DNA of 14,294 nucleotides from Gemmatimonadota bacterium (lineage in GTDB: Bacteria; Gemmatimonadota; Gemmatimonadetes; Palauibacterales; Palauibacteraceae), in assembly GCA_046758745.1 (NCBI GenBank), contig JBHIAV010000060.1, positions 1 through 14,294 on the forward strand. Direction: 5' to 3'. Of this stretch, positions 1 to 7,738 are shown in pieces (position 1 is the first letter of the stretch; each line of letters starts with the position of its first letter). Under the pieces are notes generated by a model. It saw nothing but the letters and a program-made list of their open reading frames with translations. It was not told the origin of the DNA and did not search any database. The position numbers and the translations under genes were made by a program.

Positions 1-118
1 CTCGTCTGTCGGGAGAGGCCCGAGCGCGCCTGTCGGGGATCTCCCCTCCCGCATGTCTGTGGCGGGTTCTGCAGCAACTGGCAGCGCCCCGGGGCGGGAC
101 CAGGACCGACTGGCTCGC

Positions 119-369
119 TCGTACACCGCGACGCTGCTCGCGGAGGGAGCGGCGGCGGCACAGAAGGTGGCCGAGGGGGCGGTGGAGACGGCCTTGGCGG
201 CGGTCGCCCAGTCGGAACGCCTAGCGGAGGAGTCCGCGGACCTCCTCTTTCACCTGCGCGTCCGTGGCGCGCTGGCGGAGTCGAGCCTGAGGAGGTCGCA
301 GCCGTGCTTGCCGCGCGCCGCGGGGGTCGTACCTCTGGCGGCCTCGGTCGCGAGCTTCAGCCTAAGTGA
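119..369 (+). pseudogene. hisE: Degenerate phosphoribosyl-ATP pyrophosphatase (HisE) remnant
   Basis: The frame of ORF 53..382 reads SYTATLLAEG-AAAAQKVAEGAVETALAAVAQSERLAEESADLLFHL, matching the HisE pattern SYTxxL..KxGEEAxE..ExADLLYH. After a 1-nt frameshift at ~263-264 the other frame reads WRAGGVEPEEVAAVLAARRG (HisE C-terminal helix) to TGA at 367-369. The GEE motif is changed to AEG and no recognisable N-terminus is present. Confidence 0.8.
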
Positions 370-414
370 TGAAGCTCCGTAGCGTTCTGCGCCGGACGGG
401 CCATCCCGCGCCCT

Positions 415-756
415 TTAGTCGAGTGCAGCCAGACCCTCGACCCCGGTCCGGATCTTCGTCACGCCGAGGACGGGATGAACGGAAACGATGCCATCACCCC
501 GCCGCCCTGTCCGGGCCGCCCGGGCGATGATCTCCGTGTACATGCCGCATTGCTCACCTGCGCATATGAAATGCACCATCGCTTTGTCCACGAATTCGGT
601 GCCTTCCTCGAAAGAGATCTTCGCGTACGCGGGATCCACGCCAGACCCGATCGCGTGCACCCACTCGACGCTGAGCCGGGGAACCCCCGACTCCTTCAGG
701 CAGTGCACCACGCGATCGAGCATCTCCGTGCGCACGATGGCACGTATCTCCACCAT
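415..756 (-). CDS. P-II family (GlnB-like) protein, metal-efflux-associated PII type
   Basis: MVEIRAIVRTEMLDRVVHCL...ARAARTGRRGDGIVSVHPV..KIRTG matches the PII N-terminus, B-loop (TGxxGDG) and C-loop (RIRTG). ATG 756 gives 113 aa; an alternative ATG at 792 has a purine-rich RBS. Lies directly downstream of cusA. Confidence 0.88.
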   Translation of the reverse strand: MVEIRAIVRTEMLDRVVHCLKESGVPRLSVEWVHAIGSGVDPAYAKISFEEGTEFVDKAMVHFICAGEQCGMYTEIIARAARTGRRGDGIVSVHPVLGVTKIRTGVEGLAALD

Positions 757-814
757 CGCCTGAGATTCTTCAATCCTCTTGGTCTTCCCCATCCTTCTCT
801 CCCGATTGACCGCG

Positions 815-3800
815 CTAGTCGGCCGGAACGAGCGCCATCTCATCTCGCAAGGCCTCACGGACGGCCTCCTCGGGCCGGCGTCGCACCTGCCACTGGCGCC
901 ACAGGAGGTAGATCGCGGGTATGACGGCCAAGGTGAGCCCGGAACCTGACAACATTCCTCCCACCATCGGCGAGGCGATCCGCTTCATCACATCCGCCCC
1001 GGTTCCGCTGCTCCAGAGGATCGGAGCCAGACCAGCTGTGATCGCCGCGAAGGTCATCACGACCGGCCGAAGCCTGTCCAGAGCGCCCTCGCGCACGGCC
1101 TCGGCCACGTCGGATGCCGTCCGCATCCGGCCTTCTAGGCTCCGGCGGTGGAACGATTCGTCCAGGTAGATCAGCATCACAACGCCCGTCTCCGCGACCA
1201 CGCCGGCCAGGGCGATGAACCCCACCCAGACGGCGACGCTGGTGTTGTAACCCAGCAGCCATAGGAACCACACGCCACCCACCAGCGAGAACGGGAGCGT
1301 GAGCATGACGATGAGAGACTCGAAGACCCCGCGGAAGTTGAAATAGAGCAGCAGAAAGATGATGCCCAGCGTGACGGGCAGGACGATACGCAGCTTCTGC
1401 GTCACCCGCTGCATGAACTCGTACTGTCCGCTCCAGGTTAGGGTGTAGCCGGGCGGCAGGCTCAGCTGCTCGGCGACCACCCGCTTGGCCTCGTCCACGT
1501 AACCACCCACGTCGCGACCTGTGATGTCCACGAACACGATCGTGACGGGAAAGGCATTCTCGGTCTTCACGGCCATCGGCCCCTGGAGAGGCTCGATCCG
1601 CGCCACCTGGCCCAGGGGAATCTGGGCGCCGCTCGGCGCGGGAATAATCACCTCGCGCAGCTTCTCAATGTCGTCGCGAAGCTCGCGGGGGTATCGCACG
1701 TTCACCGCGTAGCGCTCCCGTCCCTCCACGGTGATTGTCGCGTTTATGCCGCCGACCGTGGCCATGATGGCGCTGTGGATATCGCCCACGTTGAGGCCGT
1801 ACCTGGAGGCTTCTTCGCGGTCGATGTTTATGTCGACGTAATAGCCCGACACGCCTCGCTCTGCGAAGACGCTCCGCGTTCCCGGTACCTGCTGCATGAT
1901 CCGTTCGACCTGCTCTCCCAATGCTTGCAGGGTGTCCAGATCGGGACCGAATATCTTGATTCCCACCGGGGTGCGGATACCGGTGGCGAGCATGTCGATG
2001 CGGCCCTTGATCGGCATCGTCCAGGAGTTCGTCACTCCCGGCAACGCCACCTCCCGGTCCATTTCCGCGATCAAGCGCTCGTACGTCATGCCCGGCCGCC
2101 ACTTCTCCTTCCGTTTGAGCGTGATCGTGGTCTCCAACATGTCGAGGGGGGCGGGGTCGGTGGCGGTCCCTGCTCGGCCCGCCTTCCCGAGCACCGTCTC
2201 CACCTCCGGGAAGGAAGCGAGCACGCTGTCCTGGTAGCGCATGATCTCCCTCACCTGCGCGATGGAGACGCCTGGTACCGTCGACGGCATGAAGAGCAGG
2301 GATCCCTCCTTCAGGGGCGGCATGAACTCGCTCCCGAGGCGTTGCCAGGGAAAGACGGTCCCCGCCAGGATGACCCCAGCTGCGGCGATGACCAACCAAG
2401 GCTGCCGCAGCACGAAGTCGATGACCGGACGGTAGGCGCGGCGCAGCGCGCGGTTCACGGGGTTCTGCGCCTCCGGCCGGACCCGCCCCCGCACAAGATA
2501 GCCCATGAGCACCGGAACGAGCGTGATGGCCAGCAGCGCCGATCCCCCCATGGCGAACGTCTTGGTGTACGCCAGGGGCTTGAAGAGACGACCCTCTTGC
2601 TGCTCCAGGGCGAAGACGGGCAGGAAGCTGAACGTGATGATGAGAATGGAGAAGAAGAGCGGGGCCCCCACCTGCTTGGCACTCTCGTACACGATCTCCC
2701 AGCGGGACGTTTCCCCGTCGGCGCGCTCCAGGTGCTTGTGCATGTTCTCGATCATCACGATCGCGCCGGGAATCATGGCGCCGATGGCGATCGCGATCCC
2801 GCCCAGGCTCATGATGTTCGCGCCTACGCCGATCACTCGCATCACGATGAAGGAGATCAGGATGCCGAGCGGAAGCGTGATGATGGCCACCAGCGCCGAG
2901 CGGAAGTGCAGCAGGAAGATCACCGCGACAATCGCGACGATCGAGGACTCCTCGAAGAGCTTGTGCGTCAGGGTTTCAATCGCCTGATCGATCAGGTCGC
3001 CGCGGTCATAGGCTGGCCGCAGCCGGGTTCCGGGCGGGAGACCCTCCTGGATCTCGACCAGCCGCTCCCTGATGGCCTTGATCGTCTTCAGCGCATCGGT
3101 GCCGAAGCGCATCACCACGATACCCGCCACCACCTCGCCCCGCCCGTCGAGGTCGGCCGCGCCGCGCCGGGGCGCCGGCCCGATCTGGACCGTGGCCACG
3201 TCGCCGACTCGGATCGGAGTCCCGTTGGGGGTCGCTCCGACTGCCACGTTCTCGATGTCCTCTATGCCTTTGAAGTATCCGAGACCGCGGATCATGTACT
3301 CGCGCCCGCCCATCTCCAGCACTCGCGCCCCGATGTCGATGTTGTGGGCGCCGATCGCCTGCGCCACGCGGGTTACCGGGATGTTGAAGGCCCGGAGCCG
3401 CTCCGGATTCACTTCGACCTGGTACTGCTTCACGAAGCCACCCAGGCTCGCCACCTCGGAGACGCCGGGGACGGCCGTGAGCTGGTAACGGATGTACCAG
3501 TCCTGGAGCGTGCGCAGTTCCGACAGATCCAGGCTGTCCGACTCCAGCACGTATTCGTAGACCCAGCCGACCCCGGTGGCGTCCGGACCGAGGGTGGGCT
3601 CGACCCCGGGCGGGAGCTGCTGTCGGATGCCGTTCAGATACTCCAGGACGCGGGAGCGGGCCCAGTAGATGTCGGTCCCGTCCTCGAAAATCACATACAC
3701 CAGGCTGAGCCCGAAGAAGGAGTAGCCGCGCACGACACTCGCTCCAGGAACCTTGAGCATCTCCGAGGCGATGGGATACGTGACCTGGTCCTCGACGATG

Positions 3801-3976
3801 TCCGGCGCCTGCTCGCGGAAGTCCGTCTGGACGATGACCTGGACGTCAGAGAGGTCCGGAATCGCGTCGAGGGGAGTGCGGCTGATTGCTATCAAGCCGC
3901 CACCGACCACCGCGACGGTCGCAAGGAGAACGAGGAACCGGTTCTGGAGCGACCAGGCGATGATCCGGTTAATCAT
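815..3976 (-). CDS. cusA: CusA/SilA-type heavy-metal efflux RND permease (Cu(I)/Ag(I) type) with altered proton-relay residues
   Basis: 1053 aa with signatures DAIPDLSDVQVIV, GPDATGVGWVYEY, NIMSLGGIAIAIG, EGRLFKPLAYTKT and GSEFMP. Met triad M563/M613/M662 corresponds to E. coli M573/M623/M672. ATGA overlap with cusB at 3973-3976. Confidence 0.97.
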   Translation of the reverse strand: MINRIIAWSLQNRFLVLLATVAVVGGGLIAISRTPLDAIPDLSDVQVIVQTDFREQAPDIVEDQVTYPIASEMLKVPGASVVRGYSFFGLSLVYVIFEDGTDIYWARSRVLEYLNGIRQQLPPGVEPTLGPDATGVGWVYEYVLESDSLDLSELRTLQDWYIRYQLTAVPGVSEVASLGGFVKQYQVEVNPERLRAFNIPVTRVAQAIGAHNIDIGARVLEMGGREYMIRGLGYFKGIEDIENVAVGATPNGTPIRVGDVATVQIGPAPRRGAADLDGRGEVVAGIVVMRFGTDALKTIKAIRERLVEIQEGLPPGTRLRPAYDRGDLIDQAIETLTHKLFEESSIVAIVAVIFLLHFRSALVAIITLPLGILISFIVMRVIGVGANIMSLGGIAIAIGAMIPGAIVMIENMHKHLERADGETSRWEIVYESAKQVGAPLFFSILIITFSFLPVFALEQQEGRLFKPLAYTKTFAMGGSALLAITLVPVLMGYLVRGRVRPEAQNPVNRALRRAYRPVIDFVLRQPWLVIAAAGVILAGTVFPWQRLGSEFMPPLKEGSLLFMPSTVPGVSIAQVREIMRYQDSVLASFPEVETVLGKAGRAGTATDPAPLDMLETTITLKRKEKWRPGMTYERLIAEMDREVALPGVTNSWTMPIKGRIDMLATGIRTPVGIKIFGPDLDTLQALGEQVERIMQQVPGTRSVFAERGVSGYYVDINIDREEASRYGLNVGDIHSAIMATVGGINATITVEGRERYAVNVRYPRELRDDIEKLREVIIPAPSGAQIPLGQVARIEPLQGPMAVKTENAFPVTIVFVDITGRDVGGYVDEAKRVVAEQLSLPPGYTLTWSGQYEFMQRVTQKLRIVLPVTLGIIFLLLYFNFRGVFESLIVMLTLPFSLVGGVWFLWLLGYNTSVAVWVGFIALAGVVAETGVVMLIYLDESFHRRSLEGRMRTASDVAEAVREGALDRLRPVVMTFAAITAGLAPILWSSGTGADVMKRIASPMVGGMLSGSGLTLAVIPAIYLLWRQWQVRRRPEEAVREALRDEMALVPAD

Positions 3977-5226
3977 CGTCGGGCTCCCCCCGAACTGGTG
4001 TCCCGCGCCGAGGGTCGGTCCTCCGAATCCCCGGCGGAGCCGCTGCCCACGTGCTGCATCCCCACCATCTCGCCACCCGTTCCGGCCAGCCGGGACTCGG
4101 CGTCGACCAGGAAGTTGGCGGAGGCCACGATCGTCTCCCCCTCGGACACTCCTTGGAGGATGTGTACGCGGCCTCCCGCGCGGGACCCGAGGACGACCTC
4201 CCGGGGAACCAACATGCCCTCCTCGTCTCGGAGAAAGACCACGTTCCGCTCACCGGTCACGACGACGGCCTCGAGGGGAACCGTCACTCCATCGGCGATC
4301 GCCTGCACGTCGAAGAAGACTGTCGCGAACATTCCCGGCTTCAACCGCAGATCCGGATTCGGCACGCTGACGCGCACCCGGTTCGTCCGGCTCTTCACGT
4401 CGACGGTCGGGTACACGAAGCTCACGGTTCCCATCACGTGCTCGCCCGGATACGCAGCCAACTCGATGTGGGACCGGGATCCTTCCCGCACGAACTGCAG
4501 ATCCTGCTCGAACAGCTCGCCCTCGACCCAGACCATCGAGAGGTCCGCGATCCGGTACAGACGCATCCCGGGCATCACACGCTGGCCCTCCCACACGTCC
4601 TTCTCCAGGACGATGCCGCTCGCCGGCGCGACCAGGGTGAGCGTCTTCATCACCTCCCCGGTGCTCTCCAGTCGATCGATCTGCTCGGAGGTGATATCCC
4701 AGTATCTCAGTCGGCGCCGGGCCGCTTCGAGCATGTCTCCGGCGCTAGCCCAGGCCTCGCCCGCCGTCGGATCAACTTGCGAGACGAGACGCTTGGCGGT
4801 GAGTAGCTCCTCCTGGGCGGCTACGAGCATGGGGCTGTACAGGGAGAGGAGCGGCTGTCCCTTCCCCACGGTCTCCCCGGTGGTATTCACATACAGCCGC
4901 TCCACGAATCCGCTGATCTTAAGGGTGACATCGGAGACATCGGGTTCCGGTGCCACGACAAAACCGACCGTGCGAATCGTCCGCATGAGGGTCTCGCGGC
5001 GGGCCGTCGTGTAGATCACACCGAGCGCTTGCTCCTGCGCGGGGGTGAGGTGCACGGGCCGGCGGATCGCCGCCCCCGTGCTGTCCATCGCCCCCTGCGT
5101 GCCACCGGCCTGCATCCGGGCATGTTCCTCGGCCGTCATGCCGAGCGTGTCTGAACTTCCTTCGTCCGGTCCGCAGGCCACGAGGAGAACCGCAGTCAGC
5201 AGCAGGGCGGCCGCTCGCACCTTCAT
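3973..5226 (-). CDS. cusB: CusB-type RND periplasmic adaptor (membrane fusion protein), lipoprotein
   Basis: 417 aa with lipobox LVAC (Cys18), YSPMLVAAQEE hairpin, IADLSMVWVEG, LKPGMFATV and ANFLVDAESRL. Met/His-rich termini. ATGA overlaps with both neighbours. Confidence 0.95.
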   Translation of the reverse strand: MKVRAAALLLTAVLLVACGPDEGSSDTLGMTAEEHARMQAGGTQGAMDSTGAAIRRPVHLTPAQEQALGVIYTTARRETLMRTIRTVGFVVAPEPDVSDVTLKISGFVERLYVNTTGETVGKGQPLLSLYSPMLVAAQEELLTAKRLVSQVDPTAGEAWASAGDMLEAARRRLRYWDITSEQIDRLESTGEVMKTLTLVAPASGIVLEKDVWEGQRVMPGMRLYRIADLSMVWVEGELFEQDLQFVREGSRSHIELAAYPGEHVMGTVSFVYPTVDVKSRTNRVRVSVPNPDLRLKPGMFATVFFDVQAIADGVTVPLEAVVVTGERNVVFLRDEEGMLVPREVVLGSRAGGRVHILQGVSEGETIVASANFLVDAESRLAGTGGEMVGMQHVGSGSAGDSEDRPSARDTSSGGARR

Positions 5227-6530
5227 CTGACACCTCCCGGGTCGGCGCCGACAAGCGCCTCCACCTGCGCAAGAGCGCGCTGGTAGTCGGCGGCGAGGCG
5301 CACGCGATCGATCTCGTATCGGTTCACAGTCATCTCGTTCTGTACCAGCGTCATGAAATCCACCCTCCCAACCCGGTAGGCAGAGAGCGCCGATTCTACG
5401 GCAGCCCGAGCCTGTGGCAGCACCGAGGTCGCGTAGAGTTGCGTGAGGTTCCGGGCTCGTTCCGCCTCTGCCCTGAGCTCGGTGATCCGCGCGTAGGTCT
5501 CGTTATAGAGGTCGATTTCCCTGGCCTCCTCCATGCTCAGCGTGGCGCTCATCTGACGGCGAAGCGGGAGCTGGCGTGAGCCTGCCCACACTGGAATGCT
5601 GACCCCCAGCATCAGGGTGAGGAAGTCATCGAACTGCGGACGCTGTCCATAGCCGAGGGTGACCGTGAGATCGGGATAGAGGGCTCGTCGAGCCGCCTTG
5701 TAGCCGGCTTCCGCCGCCTGCGCCCGCGCTCGGGCGGCGCGCAGGGCGGGACGCCGCCGGGCGGCCAGGGCCATCAGCGAGTCCACCGGCGGCAGGTCGC
5801 CCGCCGGCACCGGCAGTTCGAGGGCTCCGACCGGCGCGGTGGCCTGGCGGCCGAGAAGCGCGTTGAGTCGGGCGGCCATCGCCAGGCGATCCTGCTCCAT
5901 CACGGTGATCTCCTCGGTCATCTGGGCGACCGACACCTGGGCCTGGAGAACATCCTGCTGAAGGCCAGTCCCCACGCTGTACATGGTAGAGGACACATCG
6001 AGGAATTCGCGTAGCAGCTGCCGCGTGTCCTCCAGGATCCCGAGGGCGCGGTCCACGTAGGCCAGCCCGTAATAGACGGACTTGACGCCGGCGACGAGCG
6101 ATACCCCGGACTCCTCCGCCTCCAGCTCCGCCGCCTGGGCGAGGTACCGTGCCCGCTCCTCGGCGAACCCCAGCTTGCCCGGCCACGGGAAGCGCTGCGT
6201 GAGCTGCACGCTGTTCATCGTCATGGATTGGTCGGTCCTCCCCAGGTCCACGACCGGCCGATTCAGGAAACCGAAGGAGAGCTGCGGGTCGGGGAGCGCG
6301 CCGGCCTGGGGAATTCGCTCAATCGCAGCGTCCGCGCGAAGGCGGACCGCCTGCAAGAGCGGATTCGCCTCCCGAGCGAGCGCGACTGCATCCTCGAGGG
6401 TGAGGGTGTCTGCAGCCTGCTGGGCGAACGTCGGGCGCGAGAAGGCCAGGAGCGCCGTCGCGAGAGGAGGCATGCACACCCACCTCATCGGTAGCCCACT
6501 AATCGCTGGTGTGGCAAGATGATTCCCCAT
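5223..6530 (-). CDS. TolC-family outer membrane efflux protein (CusC role)
   Basis: Signal peptide ending TFA-QQ, LTLEDAVALAREANP, LPDPQLSFG, QRFPWPGK, YPDLTV and AYRVGRVDFMTLV (two OEP repeats). First gene of a C-B-A operon. Start uncertain (ATG 6530 or 6488). Confidence 0.93.
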   Translation of the reverse strand: MGNHLATPAISGLPMRWVCMPPLATALLAFSRPTFAQQAADTLTLEDAVALAREANPLLQAVRLRADAAIERIPQAGALPDPQLSFGFLNRPVVDLGRTDQSMTMNSVQLTQRFPWPGKLGFAEERARYLAQAAELEAEESGVSLVAGVKSVYYGLAYVDRALGILEDTRQLLREFLDVSSTMYSVGTGLQQDVLQAQVSVAQMTEEITVMEQDRLAMAARLNALLGRQATAPVGALELPVPAGDLPPVDSLMALAARRRPALRAARARAQAAEAGYKAARRALYPDLTVTLGYGQRPQFDDFLTLMLGVSIPVWAGSRQLPLRRQMSATLSMEEAREIDLYNETYARITELRAEAERARNLTQLYATSVLPQARAAVESALSAYRVGRVDFMTLVQNEMTVNRYEIDRVRLAADYQRALAQVEALVGADPGGVR

Positions 6531-6661
6531 CCAATGAAGGGGGGTCTGTCCGAATGGCGGTGGACCGACCCGGTTCTGAGGAGGCTTCTTTCTGTCATCC
6601 GGCTCCGCGGCAGAGACGGCCCCCCTGCCAAGGAGCCGTGCTACTTGATCGTCTGGGCCTC

Positions 6662-6715
6662 AATGTGAGTTGGGCGGGCTTAAGATTCCCCTAAGTCGCC
6701 TCTAAGATTTCTTAG
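6662..6715 (-). promoter_or_regulatory. Putative response-regulator boxes and -10 element for the tolC-cusB-cusA-PII operon
   Basis: TAAG recurs at 6681, 6692 and 6703 (11-bp period: TTAAGATTCCC/CTAAGTCGCCT/CTAAGATTTCT). On the minus strand the proximal box ATCTTAA is followed 12 nt later by CACATT (6667-6662). Same geometry as 10570-10631. Confidence 0.65.
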
Positions 6716-6880
6716 TTATCGGACCCGGGGAGAAGACGACTTGAAGACGGCGAGCACATGGGGGCTGGTGAGATCAAGTCGAGGAGAAGTTTATGAAGTC
6801 AACGGACCCAAACTGAAGACCTGCGGCACAGCCAGGCCGGTGAAGGCGAGATTCGGGCGGCCCGGTTGGCTCGCCGATCC

Positions 6881-7738
6881 TCAGTTGATGCGCGGGTTCG
6901 GGTACGACGGCACCGTGACGAGGCCCGGAATCCCGAACACCCGGGAGAAGCCGACAATGAGTTCGACGTTGCCTCGCCCCCGCTCCCACTCGTCGAGCCG
7001 CGTGGCAAGCCCGAAATCGAGTACGCTCAGGTTCGTCAGCTGCCAGCGGGACCCCAGCTCCAGCCAGACGCGGCTGCGGCCTGAACCGTTCGGCACCTCG
7101 GCGTAGATGTCCCCCATGATCGCCCTGCTGAACAGGCCGATCGGATAGTCGAACGCCATGCCCCCCAGCCAGAAGTCGCCGCCGTCGGCCGCGCTCGCTG
7201 CCGCGTAGCCGCCGTTCAGGTGGATGCGAAGGCGCCCGAAGGACCGGGTCGCGAGGCCCTTCCCCGAGATCGCCCAATTCTCCCTTCCGAGTCTCCCGGC
7301 TCCCGGACTCTCCACATCCAAACGCGCGGCGAACGCAGGCCAGCTCCAGGTCTCGCGGTTGAAGTTGTACAGGAGGTGCGCGCCAGCGCTCTCGATCCCC
7401 CCTGCCGTGCTTCCCTCGGCGTCCTCCCCTCCGGCCTTGATCTCCAAGCCTACCTGCCCGTTCAGGAAGAGCCCCGTCTTCAGCTCACCGATCCCGGACA
7501 CGCCGTCTCCACCCTCTCGGAGCGCACCCCGAATCCCCAACTCGACCTCCCACTCCCGGAACTTCACGGGGTACGCGTCCTCGACCTGAATCGGCCGGTC
7601 GAGGTCGGCCGAACGGAAGTCTTCCTGTGCGGTGACCGGTGATACGGATCCGGCGATCGCAGCAAGGCCAGCCGCCACCGGTCCGAGCAGGCCCGCCCGA
7701 AAAGGTCCGGCAGACGCCGAGGCGATTCGATTCTTCAC
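6881..7738 (-). CDS. Putative outer-membrane beta-barrel (porin/transporter-like) protein
   Basis: 285 aa with signal peptide (..VTA-QED) and many alternating amphipathic strands (WEVELGIRG, HLLYNFN, LRIHLNGGY, WLGGMAFDYP, WLELGSRWQL, LDFGLATRL, LIVGFSRVF). GTGA overlap with the upstream gene at 7735-7738. Confidence 0.75.
   Translation of the reverse strand: MKNRIASASAGPFRAGLLGPVAAGLAAIAGSVSPVTAQEDFRSADLDRPIQVEDAYPVKFREWEVELGIRGALREGGDGVSGIGELKTGLFLNGQVGLEIKAGGEDAEGSTAGGIESAGAHLLYNFNRETWSWPAFAARLDVESPGAGRLGRENWAISGKGLATRSFGRLRIHLNGGYAAASAADGGDFWLGGMAFDYPIGLFSRAIMGDIYAEVPNGSGRSRVWLELGSRWQLTNLSVLDFGLATRLDEWERGRGNVELIVGFSRVFGIPGLVTVPSYPNPRIN

Noticed and set aside
53-382. 109-aa ORF as an intact gene
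   Set aside because: Only the middle matches HisE, and the true C-terminus is in another frame, so it is annotated as a pseudogene.
1775-5014. 1079-aa plus-strand ORF
   Set aside because: Antisense shadow of cusA/cusB. High-GC codon bias removes stops on the opposite strand, and it has no recognisable domain.
6730-6880. Spacer with an 8-bp inverted repeat (CGACTTGA 6737-6744 / TCAAGTCG 6774-6781), recurring GAAGAC, and a weak hairpin at ~6845-6875
   Set aside because: Short matches, no U-tract and no convincing ORF. Cannot support an sRNA, terminator or IS end.
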